Positions 43,619-55,736 of a stretch of 64,000 nucleotides of DNA are shown here, one piece after another. The DNA comes from the human T2T-CHM13v2.0 reference genome, Homo sapiens. Numbering within the stretch: position 1 is the first letter of the stretch; every line of letters starts with the position of its first letter. The translations under genes and the position numbers were made by a program. The notes below the pieces were generated by a model. That model worked only from the letters and a program-made list of their open reading frames with translations. It did not search any database and was not told where the DNA came from. The stretch is taken from NCBI RefSeq assembly GCF_009914755.1, contig NC_060933.1. One strand, given 5' to 3'.

Positions 43619-44004
43619 GTCTAGATGTGACCTGAGGGATGTCTCTTTCACAGTACCCCAACCCAACCTTTCACTTGGCTCCTGAAGAGAAGCAGGGCTG
43701 ACTCAAAAGGGTAGGGTCCTAGAGATGACATTGACAGAGGGAACACATGAGGAGATGATGGGGTTACTGGAGGAAGAACCCTTTGGTAGGTGCTGCTGGA
43801 ATTGGCCAGGGAGGAGGTGCCCTCCCTTTACAATGAGGTAGGTGTAACATCAAAAGAAACTTTGGTTTTAAGTCCACATGGCATGGGAGGTGTCGTCCCC
43901 TCCCAGGGCTGGGTCCCAGAGTGGGCAGCCAGAAAGAATCAAAGCAGGGGGTCTCCTCCCCCCTCAGCAATGGGGCTGGGACTCTTAGTTTCAAGTAGGA
44001 CCTC

Positions 44005-44105
44005 TCAGGGCAAGATGCTGGAAGGGGGCCCTGTGGAGGGTGGGGGTGCAGGGTTGGTTGGACCCTGGGAAGCTGGCACAGGCTGGCGGCGGGCAAAGAG
44101 GACAC
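44005..44105 (-). CDS. ARID3C: ARID3C coding exon 7 (GVLFARRQP...SILP*)
   Basis: 101 nt; the coding exons sum to 1239 nt = 412 aa + stop. Confidence 0.93.
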
Positions 44106-44566
44106 CTGGCAAAGGGGTGAGGAGATGGTAGAGGGCAAAAACAAGCAGGAGGGGGTAGGGTATGGAAACAGAAGAGGGGAACAAAAGTAAGTGTTCTGGT
44201 TGCTAGAACACTACACACGTACCCCTGCCACAAACCAATGAGGACAAGCTCCTTGGGTCAGTAAGAGACTCCATTGCTAATGTAGATACCTCAAACAGGT
44301 AAACAAGGAATATTTATGCTGATACATAGGCCCAAGACAAGGCAGACATCCCCTGGTACTCATGCCAGAGAGGTCATGCCTTGGATCCCATGCCATGTAG
44401 ACACCCCCTTTAACCCATGCCAGTCTAGCAATCCCCTGAACTCCATGTTACTCATGCAAGTTTAGATATCCCTGAACTTCATGCTAGTAGAGGAAGTCTA
44501 AAATCCCCATGCCAGCCTAAATACCCCTGACCCCATGCCAGTGTAGACAGCCTGCAGTACCCATAC

Positions 44567-44656
44567 CAGTGTAGACCACCCCGTTGATCTCTAGGGCCAT
44601 GTTGATACTGCTGATGCCACTGCCTGCCAGATTAAGAGGCCCATCCAGCCGCTCTT
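44567..44656 (-). CDS. ARID3C: ARID3C coding exon 6 (REKLES-beta region; SINMALEINGVVYT)
   Basis: 90 nt, phase 1-1; ARID3-family motif. Confidence 0.93.
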
Positions 44657-44893
44657 CTGTCCAGGAGGGGGCAGAGGAATCACATTTTGGAGAATCAGAC
44701 TTCTGACTTATTAATAGAATTTCCCCCCTCCATCCCCGTAGACAGCCCCCATTCCACTTCAGCCCCACACCTATACTCACACAGTTGTCTACAGAGGAAT
44801 CTGTCTGCCCCGTCTCTAACACCTATCAGGTGATGGGTCAATCCTCCCTCAGTGTACAGTCCCGAAGCCCCCTCACAACAAGCCCCTCCTCAC

Positions 44894-45076
44894 CCCTCAG
44901 GGGAACCTTGCCACGGGGCAGGAAACTGGGGGGCATGCAAGGTCGAGGTGGGTCCATAGGCCCCATCAGCACAGCTCTCTTCTCTGGGGGCTCCTCTGGT
45001 GCCAATTTCTCCCGTGTAGGTCCCAGTGCCAGGCCCACAGGCAGTGCCAGACAAGGGTTTGGAATTCCACTCTCCT
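44894..45076 (-). CDS. ARID3C: ARID3C coding exon 5 (contains TREKLAPEEPPEKR)
   Basis: 183 nt, AG/GT boundaries, REKLES-like motif. Confidence 0.93.
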
Positions 45077-45413
45077 CTAGAAGAACAGGTTATTCAGCTC
45101 CCCTGGCCAAACCAACCCATCTCTGCATTGGTTCTCCCCCAGGCCTGGGACCAAAAGAGGTAACTCAAGCTCATGTACCAATCTCTCATCCTTCATTCGA
45201 TCTATCTTCCCATCCAGAGCCTCAGCCTGGAAGCGCTGAAGCTTTTCTCTAGAGCCCAAAGGATCAAGGTACATGTCTAGACAATTTGGGGGATTGTTTT
45301 TGGCTGTTGGTTATTAAATAATCCAGGTCACAAGAGGCACAAACTATATGCAAATAGGAGCACTGGGTGGACATGTGTGGAATGGAGTTGCTGTGATTAA
45401 AGGACCTTTTCCT

Positions 45414-45758
<345 letters not shown>

Positions 45759-45971
45759 TCAGTAACCCGTACCCCAGAGCTCTCATTTGGCCGCAAACCT
45801 CAGGACCCCTAAACCTTAGTGACCCCCAAACCTCAGAAGCCCGTCAGACCTTACTGCTCCCATACCTCAATGCCTCCCCAGACCTCAATCCTCACATTTT
45901 AATGGTTGCTATATCTTAGCGCCCACCTAAACCTCAGAGACCCCGAAACCTCTACCATTCTCCCCTCGCAC

Positions 45972-46261
45972 CTTTCTTAATAGGGCTTGGACTCAGCTGA
46001 GCGCATGCATGCGCTGGCAGGCCGGAGGTGGAACCCTGGGCTGGGCCAGGGCTGGACTGGGTCGCCGGAGGGGCGGGGCCGGGACCCAAGGCTGGGTCCT
46101 GAGCGCCCCGAGGGGGCGGCCCTGCCAAGCCGAAGAGCGGAGTAGCGGTGTAAGCCTGGCGACGGCCCTCGCGCCGATTGCTGTCTATGGCGGCCTGGAG
46201 CTCCCCTGGGGAGCTGAGCGCTCGAGTCTCGCACTCGTACGGGTACAGGTACTTCATGTAC
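45972..46261 (-). CDS. ARID3C: ARID3C coding exon 4 (YMKYLYPYECE...SPIKK)
   Basis: 290 nt; end of ARID and extended ARID (ELQAAIDSNRREGRR). Confidence 0.95.
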
Positions 46262-46410
46262 CTAGGGGCGGACAGCGGGCGGTGAGTGTATGGGAGGCTG
46301 CACCCAGCTGGTCAAGTCCCACAGCCGGACGCCCGCCCGGGGACCCTCCCCCCTCCCGCCCCAGGCCGAACCCGTGCCCCCTTCCCTTCCGCTCCCGCCC
46401 CTGGCCTCAC

Positions 46411-46594
46411 TGGGTGCGTAGAGTGAAGGCGGCCGAGGTGATGGTGGTGGGTAGGCTGAGGCCGCGCGTGACTTCCCGCCACACTTTGCGGTTGATGACT
46501 TCCACCAGGCCGCCCTTGGCGGTCACCAGGCGAAACAGAGCGTACAGGTCGAGCACCTGCTTCGCCATGATGGGCACGCGGTTCACTGGCGTCC
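46411..46594 (-). CDS. ARID3C: ARID3C coding exon 3 (ARID core GTPVNRVPIMAKQVLDLY...)
   Basis: 184 nt, canonical ARID motifs. Confidence 0.95.
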
Positions 46595-46771
46595 CTGGTG
46601 GGGAGCGGGCTGCCGTCAGGACACTGAGACGAAGACCCTGTCTGCAGCATCCCCAGGGACTGATACAGGACGGGAGCCCCGGGGAGGGCGGGAAAGAGGG
46701 AGACTTGGGCGGAGCCCACAGAACCCCAGGGTCTCTGTTTTAGCAAGAAGGACAGGAGGCTAGAACGGGGG

Positions 46772-47043
46772 GGGGCAAAGTTCTGTAAAAGGCCAGATGG
46801 CTAAATGGTCTCTGTCACAACTACTCAACGCTGTCATTGTAGCCTAAAGGCGGCCATAGAGAATACCTGAAGGAATGGATGCGGCTGTGTTCCAATAATA
46901 TAGACTCTGAAATTCGAATTTCACCAGTCTGGAGATGTTATTCATCTTTAAATTTTGTCCCCCAACTATTTAAACAAGTAAAAACCATTCTTATCTTGCA
47001 GGCAGCTGGGTTTGGCCTGCAAACTTTAGTTTGCTGTCCCCTG
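46772..47043. mobile_element. MER58-like hAT-Charlie MITE
   Basis: ggcaaag...tctctgtcacaactactcaac...tagtttgctgtcccctg resembles MER58. Confidence 0.7.
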
Positions 47044-48288
47044 GGGTAGACCGCAGGAAGGACTTTCGGACAGTGCTGAAGAGCCGGCCTCCCCTAAGCA
47101 GCAGCCCCCGGGTGGCTGCCCAAGGCTGGGGGATGACGGGCGGGAAAAGAATCAACTCCCGCCTCGGCCCGCCGACTCCGCAGCCCGCGCCGCCCCCGCC
47201 GGCCAGTCCTGACAAAGGGGCCTGTCTGCGCTGAGCGATGGGCCCCAGTTAATTCCTTACCGATCCCGTCCCCTTCCGCCGCGCCTTTGGACCCGAACAA
47301 TTAGCTGCGGCCTGATTAATGGGGGAAAATTATCGGCCCCGCGGGACCCCCTCCCCCTGCAGCTGGAGCGGTGGGAGGCAGGGACCGAAGGGAGGCAGGC
47401 AATGCTGGGATCGGTTCACACCCGCTACCCCAGTGGAGGGGAGGCCTCGAGGAAGGGCCAGAGAGGGAACACTGGAACCAGAATGGGCCTCCCTGGGAAC
47501 CAAAAGGACTTAGGTCCCTACTGAGGGTCCCTGGGAAGGTAAGGGACCAGAAAGAGGTGCTGGGGTGAGGGCCGGGAGTGGGAAGTGGGCCAGCAGCTGC
47601 ACTAAAGGCGGTGGGGGGGCGGGGGGTAACAGGGCAGCCAGTTAATTAGCGGCTTATCAGGCTGCGCTCTGAGTGAGTTAATTAGCTTTGCAGAGAGAGA
47701 TAATGAGTCAGTGTTCGGTCCCATGAATCTGGGAAAAAGCTGAAGTGATGGACTGCCGCCCACCCTGATGCCCTCCTGGACCCTTCTTGCGTTCTCCTCC
47801 AGCTCTGACATTCCTGGAAAGGAATTTCTCCTCCTCCACAGCCTCAACTCACATAGTCCCCAGCCCACCCCTTGGGAAGTCCTTCCTTCAGTCTATTCCT
47901 AGTCCTTCCTGCTGTAGAGCACGTGAGGTGTCCCCTGCCTGAATCAAGGGAAAACAGGGAAGACATGGCTGGAGGAAGGACCCTGGACACAGAACCAAGG
48001 CATTCTCAGCCCTCTGATTCTGGGACCCTCCCACCCCAGGCCAGGCTCCCATCAGTTCCCCCTCCCACCCTCCCAATTGATCCCAAACTCATTAACCTGC
48101 CAGTGGGCTGGCCACTAATTAATCCTGGGGTGGAGGAGGGGGACAGGGTCAGAGGTTAAAGACGCTATCGAGGGCCCAAAGGACAGGTGCTGCCAAGCTC
48201 AGGCCTCAGCAGGGAGAACCCAACCGGGTTTCCTCAAACCTGGTAAGGGGGCAATTCCAGGGCCCTTCCCCCACATCATGCCACTCAC

Positions 48289-48361
48289 CCCTCTTTTGCA
48301 TGAAGCTAAACAGGTCATCCAGAAATTCCTTCCTCTTGGGGTCTGCATCGAGCTCATACAG
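48289..48361 (-). CDS. ARID3C: ARID3C coding exon 2 (LYELDADPKRKEFLDDLFSFMQKR)
   Basis: 73 nt, ccccag| and |gtgagt. Confidence 0.95.
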
Positions 48362-49888
48362 CTGGGGAAGGATTGGGGTCATTCTACAGCTCTGCTGACT
48401 CCCCCTCCCTCCCTTGACCCCAATTCAGGTTGTACCCTGAACAAGGGTCCCTAGCTGAAGGAGTCAGTAGGATCTCAATGTGGACTCCCTGGGATTAGCA
48501 TTAGGCTCTCTCCGCCTAGGGGCAGGCAGGGGTGCCTTTTTCTAGTACATACAGAGACTGGTACTGGTAGTGGTACCCTGGGCCATTCAAACCACCCATC
48601 TGGGGAGTAAGGGAAGAGAGGAACAGGATGGAGCTTGGAGGCTCAGCCTGCCCTCTGGGGCTCAGTCTTCCCCCACCCTCATGGGAAATTTAGAGCCCCA
48701 GGAAGGAAGCTAGGCTGGGGTTGTATACCAGACTGAGGAGACAAACATATATCTGATGCTCTGATTCATTCATGCAAGGACTTCATGGTGTTCACATCCC
48801 TGTATGCCAGGGCTGGGGGTGACTGAAGGGCAGAGATGCTCCTAACCCACCCCTCAGGCAGGGTGATGCTCAGAAGCTCCTGGGTTGACACCCAGGGCCC
48901 TTCAGCTCATCTTCTGGTCTGATTTCCTTTCAGAGGCAGTTAACCTGCCTACAGACGCTGCTATAGAGGCACTGGCCCTGTACCACCTAGGACCTGTGGG
49001 GTCAGAGTTTAAAGGATCCACAGGCCATCTCAACTCTTCCTGGTAATCTGGAGTCCCACCTCCTGCATCAACTCCCGAATACTAGTCAAGAGAACCACCC
49101 CTTGAGTCACTGACCCAGAGTAACAGTCCTTGAGTAACACCTATAGATAATATTCCATCACTCCATCCCCATAAGAATCCTCAGAGTATAAAACAAACAA
49201 AATATCCATGAGTAATAAACCCCAGATCCACCTTTAGAGCCACATTCCCACAAAAATTGAGCCCTAAGTCTAAGATGTTATTACTTAGATCCAAGTAATA
49301 ACCCCTAGAATTATACCTAGGAGAAACAGTCTCTAGACCACATATCCAGAACAGAGCCCTGAGTAACACTCAGTTTTATACTAATGCCAGAGTACTAGTC
49401 ACAGATCAACACTTTTGGAATATACCCAGACCAACACCCTACAAGTACCAGAATAGCACACCTGGAGACACAGCCCTGTGTAACACCTTCATAGTGACAG
49501 CCTTGAGTAGTGTCCTTAGAATAACACCCAGAAGGGTTCTCCAGGGAGAAAGAACCTCAGATTAAGGCCCTGTGAATGAAGTCTTGTCATTCTGAGTTGC
49601 GGAGGAGCCCTTTAGTCATACTGCGGCTGTAGTGGCCATCCCAGGCTGGGAACTATCATCCGTGGAACTCAGGCCAGGGAGATTTGCATGGGGCCAGGGT
49701 TAGGGAGGAGGTGACAGGAAAGAAAGGAAAGGTGTATCAGCCTGCCAAGTGAGTGATAACCTCCATTCTGCTTCCAAAGACAGAGGAAGCAACTGGGTCA
49801 CCCCCACTGGTCACTGGAATATGACCTTGTGACTTGATGTGTGAGAAGGTAGGCAGGGTGGTGCTGGCATTGGAATCCCCAGCCCCTA

Positions 49889-50056
<168 letters not shown>

Positions 50057-50243
50057 CTGTCTTTCCCTCCCTGTCACTATCCTCCAATCTTCTCTCTGTC
50101 TTTCTATAGGTCTCCGTGTCTCTGTGTCTCTTTTCATCTTGCAGAGGGTGGTGGGGGTGGGTGGGCTGCTAATCACCTGGCTGTGCTTTTGCCAGAAGAG
50201 AGAGATAGGGAAGAGGGCCGGACATTGAGGGCATAGGTCCTAC

Positions 50244-50561
50244 CTGCTTGAATTGTTCCTCGTAGGTCCACTCGTGGGGATGGAGTCCAGGGGGCTGGCT
50301 AGAAGGCGAGCTGGGGCCCTGGGCCCCTGGACGGCTCTCCTCAGCTGCCTCCTCCTCTGCCCCGGCTTCCTCCCGCTTCTCCTCATCTTCTTCAGCATCT
50401 TCCTCTTCCTCAGCCCCAACATTCCCCAAGGCCCCCTCAGGGGCCTGTAGGGTCCGGTGGTCAGGCAGGGGAGGCTGCGGTGGCAGCAGTGGGCATGCAG
50501 GGGCCAATGGCCCCACCCCCTGGGCCAGCCGAGCTGCCTGCTGCTTCTGCAGGGCCTCCAT
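50244..50561 (-). CDS. ARID3C: AT-rich interaction domain 3C coding exon 1 (MEALQKQQAAR...WTYEEQFKQ)
   Basis: 318 nt, acidic tract, ARID3 WTYEEQFKQ motif, donor CAG|gtagga. Confidence 0.95.
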
Positions 50562-51329
50562 GACAGCTTCCAGGCGCAGTCCCCCAGCTGAGGGGGTCCC
50601 TGGTACCAGGCGGGACCCCGAGGAAAGGGCCGCCTGTGGGGGAGGGAATTATGGGTGCTGGGCCCTACTGCCCCCAGAGCCCCCCAACACAGGGGGAGGT
50701 GGTCATGGATTCAGGGAAGTGCAGGGGTCACAAGGAAAGAGGCAGAAAGATGGCTTTCCCAGAGGTGAACAGAAACAGGACCAGACCCGGGGAATCAAAT
50801 GGCCATTGACTGAGGACTGGAAGAGTGAGCAGATCAGAGAGGGTGACGGGGACCAAGAGACATCGGGAAATGGTGAAGGAAGGGAGAGAGAAAGAAAAGG
50901 AGAAGGGGGATGTCCGACAGAGACAATGACAGGGAGATGTGAAAATAGAGATGGAACAGGGTGACAAGGAGAGACAGAAGTGGGGTGACACAGAGACTGA
51001 GAGGGACCAAGATGGAGAGAGGCAGAGGTATCAGGCAGAGACAGGGTAGACAGACAGAGATGGAGAGAGATAGAATATTGGGTAGAGAGACAGGGAGGGT
51101 AAGAGAGGTAGAGGAGCAACAGATAAAAGACCTAAGTGACAGGTAGCTCAGAGACGGACAGAGACGGAGAGACAGAGGCGGAGATAGACAAATAGACAGG
51201 GGTTGAGATATAGGGAAAGACCAAGACAGCAGGAAACGGACAGAAGAGAGAGATTAGAAAGAGACAGTTAAATAGAGAGGGACCGACAGAGACAGGGACG
51301 GGAAAAACAGCCGGAGAGAGGGGCAGAGG

Positions 51330-51870
51330 ACAGGGACCAAGGAGTCGCGGGGATGGAGGGCGGTGGGGCAGAGCCTGGGACGGGCACGGGACCGGACGGG
51401 CAGGAGGCGGCAGAGTCGCGACGCCCGGCTCCCTCGCTCCGGGCGCCCCGCGGCCGCACTCACCTGCCTGGCGTGGCCCGCTGCCCCTGGCGTCTCCACG
51501 GCGCTGCCTTTGCTCCGCCCGCCTCCCAGGCGGCCCTGGCCTCGGCTGGGTCCCGGCGGTGCGCTCCCGCCGCCCTGTGCTCCTCTGGCGGCTGTGCGCT
51601 CACTCGCCGCGCTGCTTGCGGCGGCCGCGGGGGCGGGACCCGAGCGGGGCAGGGCGGGCGGGGCGCATGGGGAGAGGCCCCTGTGGGATCTGCCGCTCTC
51701 AGCTCCCCAACAGGTGTCTCCCACCTTCTTTCCAGCCAGCTTCGGGGGCAGGGGGCGCTGGAAAGCTGCGGGGGAATCGTGCGAAAATGAGGGCTCTACC
51801 GCCACCGGACTCCGGACCAGAGCCCCGCCCAGCCTCACAAGTCGTGCCCCCGACACCCACACTCGGCACT
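51330..51870 (-). promoter_or_regulatory. ARID3C: ARID3C upstream CpG island with candidate first exon ending at 51464
   Basis: CpG island; consensus donor CAG|gtgagt at 51464; matching acceptor ccctcccccacag| opening at 50633. Confidence 0.7.
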
Positions 51871-52204
51871 GGGCTTCCACATACAAATAGCCGCATCCAC
51901 ACACCAACACACCTTGTCACAAGTTCAGGCGCATAGCTTCCCAGTCTCACACGTTCCGTGACATGGTCACCACAGTGCCAATGGCCTGGGCACGCTGTGA
52001 TCAAGAGGGGAATCCCTCTGCAAGATGCTGGGGTGTGCGTGGAGGGTCTGGTCAGAATAGAAGCTTCTCCCTTTGCCTTGAGCACCCCTGCCCTGCCTAC
52101 GTGCTGTCCCCCACTGCGGGCATGCTGCGGTTTGCACACATGAGTGCACATGGTGGTGGACCCACACCTATGCACTCACACACTCTCAGAGGTCTTTAAG
52201 CTGA

Positions 52205-52609
<405 letters not shown>

Positions 52610-54221
52610 TGTATTATGAAAATTTTGAAACATAGACAAGTGAATAGTATAATGAACCTCTGGTACTCATCATAGGTTTGTTTCAACAGTGACCGGCACT
52701 TCGCCCATGTTCACACACATTCTCCACCTATGTGTGCCTGACTGCCACATCTGTATCTCCAGACCCCCTCAGCCCACTGCTTTGCGCCCTCCCCCTAACT
52801 ATTCCCAAGACGCTGAAATGCTGTTCCTTATTTGGGGGTTCTGAGTGGCAGGCCTCTCAGAATTTCTGCTCTGAACAGCCTGGACCCCACTCCTCCCGGG
52901 AATCCTCATACTTCCTATTTCTTCCTGTGCCCAAGGGGACCACTTACCAAACAGAGGGACACTGTGAGGTGATGCCAAGTGTGTAAGTGAACAGCAGGTG
53001 TCTGTAGGGGTGACACTTGGCATAGGTATGAAACTGTGGCACCAGAGACTGTCTTCTGACCTCACACCCCCAGAAGGCAGGAATCCAAACACGACCTTTG
53101 TCTCCTCCCTCCTCCCTTGTCCTCTCCCAATCAGTCCACTCCTCTCAGCCTCAGCTTGCTCTGGCTCAAACCACCGGCTCTTCTGACCATGGTGGGTCTG
53201 ACCATGGTGGGTGCCTCCTCCCTGCTCTCCCTGCCTCCAGCCGCCACCCTTCTCTGCACCCTTCTGTGCCCAGCTTCTACTGCAGCACTAAGTCCTGGTT
53301 CTCTATGGCCCATTCCTGGCCACGCTGAGGCTCACCCCATTCATTCCTTTGGCTGCCCCAGAGTCCTCCACCTCAGATTTCAGACCTCTGAGCCCATCAG
53401 AACCCCCCAGCCTCCAGAAGCTCCAGTGATCCAATCACTGTCGGTACTGATGCCTCCTCCCCCATGGCTTTGTTTGGTGTGAGTATCCTGGGGCAGAGCC
53501 AAGCCTCCTCCTCTGCCCAACCCTCCCTGATGCTGGGAGGGGAGAATCAGTGAATGTGCCAGGCAGACAGACATGCCCTGGAAGTCTACTGGAAGACTGG
53601 AGAGCAGAGGGTAGCAATCCACAGAACCCTTGTGCCCTGCTTGCTCCCTTTTCCCCACCACAGCTTCCCCTGGCTGCTCAGAGGAGGTCCATGGACAAAG
53701 GTAGGTGGCCAGAGTCTTCCTAGAAAGGTAGGAATTGGCTTGGGGAAATTCCAGTTCTGAGTGTTTGGAGATCGCTTTGTAGGGTTTGGGTTGAATGGTA
53801 AGGGGCTGGGCAGTCACTCCCCCAGCTCCCAAATCAATCAAGCAAAGTTAATCCACTTTTGGGGTCTGGGCCAGGAGGGCTACAACTGGGAAGGGCTGAG
53901 GGGAAGGAATATGCTTGACTGGGACTTGGTTTATCTCTCTTCATCTGTGAAAAGGAAAGGCTGCCTCTCATACCCGCAGTCTGGTCTTATACCTCACAGA
54001 GACGGAGACAGACCTAGACCTTCAGAGACCCATGCTTCATTCATCCAACACATATTTATTATCTATTTTTTTTGCCAGGCACTGTTGGACACAGGAGCAA
54101 ATAAGACAAAGTCCTTATTATAATGGTACAATTCTAAGTGGGGGAAATATACAGTGTGTCAGATAGTGGTAAGTACCATGGAGAAAAATGTAGCTGGGTT
54201 GGGGGGAACATAAAAGGGGGC

Positions 54222-54715
54222 ATTAGTTACCTATTGCTGTGTAACAAATCACCCCATAATTTAGCAGCTTAAAACAAAAACATTTATTTTCTCACAATTC
54301 TGTGGGTCTGGATGGTTCTGACTCATTGTCCTCTAAGGTGTTGTAGTAAAAAGGTTGGCCAGGGATGCAGTCATCTGAAGGCTTGACTGGAACTGGAGGA
54401 TCTACTTCCAAAATGGCTCACTTGCATGGCCCTTGGCAGGGGGCCTGTTCCCCCCGCAATATGGGCCTCTCCATAGGATTGCTTGTATGTCCTCTCAACA
54501 TGGCAGTTGGTTTCCCCCAGAATGATCCAAGAGAGACTCTTTAGACAGCAATGCTTTTTATGGCCTAGTCCTAGAAGTCACACACTGTTATTTATGCCAC
54601 ATTATTTGTGAAAGTACATAATTAAGTCTAGTCCACTCAAGGGGAAGGAATTTAGGCTTCACCTCTTGAAGGACAGAGCATCAAAAATTTTGTGAAGGTA
54701 TTTCAAATCACCATG
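54222..54715 (-). mobile_element. MLT1-type MaLR LTR nested in L2
   Basis: attagttacctattgctgtgtaacaaatcacccc...cttccaaaatggctcact; L2 remnants flank it (~54030-55850). Confidence 0.75.
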
Positions 54716-55571
54716 CAAGAGATACTATTATATAAGTGTTGAAGAACTCAGTGAGCAGGAATTGAAGGAGGGGAGGAAGAGAGCTATGACTACGTGGATA
54801 CCTAGGGACGAGCACTACGGTCAGAATAGCAGGTACAAATATCCTGGGATAGAATTTTGCTTGATGTGTTGGAAGAAAAGCAAGGAGGCCACTGGGTTGG
54901 AATAGGGGGGCTGAAGGGGTGAGTGGTTGGAATGTCTGATCAGAGGAAACATGGGCCTTGGAGTAGGCCCTTGTAAGGAGTGAAAGGACAGAATGAGATG
55001 GAAAGCCACTGGTTAGGTCTCAGCAGAGAGTGAAAGTCTGACTGGCTGCTGCGTGGAGAACCCTCCACACAAGATGCATGCGTGAAGATCAGTTAGGGGG
55101 CCATTGCAATAGTCTATAGGCAAGAGATGATGGTGTCTTAGACCAGGGTGGGGGCAGTGGAGGTGAGAAGGCATGATTAGAGTCTGGATATATTCTGCAG
55201 ATAAAAACAGTATTTGATGATGGATTGGATGTGGGACATGAGAGAAACAGATGTGTCCAAAATGACTCTGGGCAGCTGGGTAAATGGAGGTGCCCTTAAT
55301 TCACAGTAAAGACTACAGGATGGTGGTGGTGTGGGGCTGGGAGAGAATTCGGTTTGCTTTGGATATCTCAAGTCTGAGATACCTATTAGACAGCCAAGTG
55401 GAGATGTTGAGTAGAGATGAAGGCAGTAAGATTTCCAACTCTGGTGCTCAGGGCAGAGATTTAGGCTGAGACAAAAATTTAGAAGTCAAGATATATAGAT
55501 GGTAAAGTCACAGAATCACCTGGGAAGGGGTGTAAACAGAAGAGGTTTGAGGACTAAGCCCAAGAAAGTCA

Positions 55572-55736
<165 letters not shown>

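Noticed and set aside
46009-46743. 244-aa plus-strand ORF
   Set aside because: Antisense shadow of GC-rich ARID3C exons 3-4
53474-53488. 15-mer matching the reverse complement of ~1675-1689
   Set aside because: Single short match within chance expectation for 64 kb and does not extend
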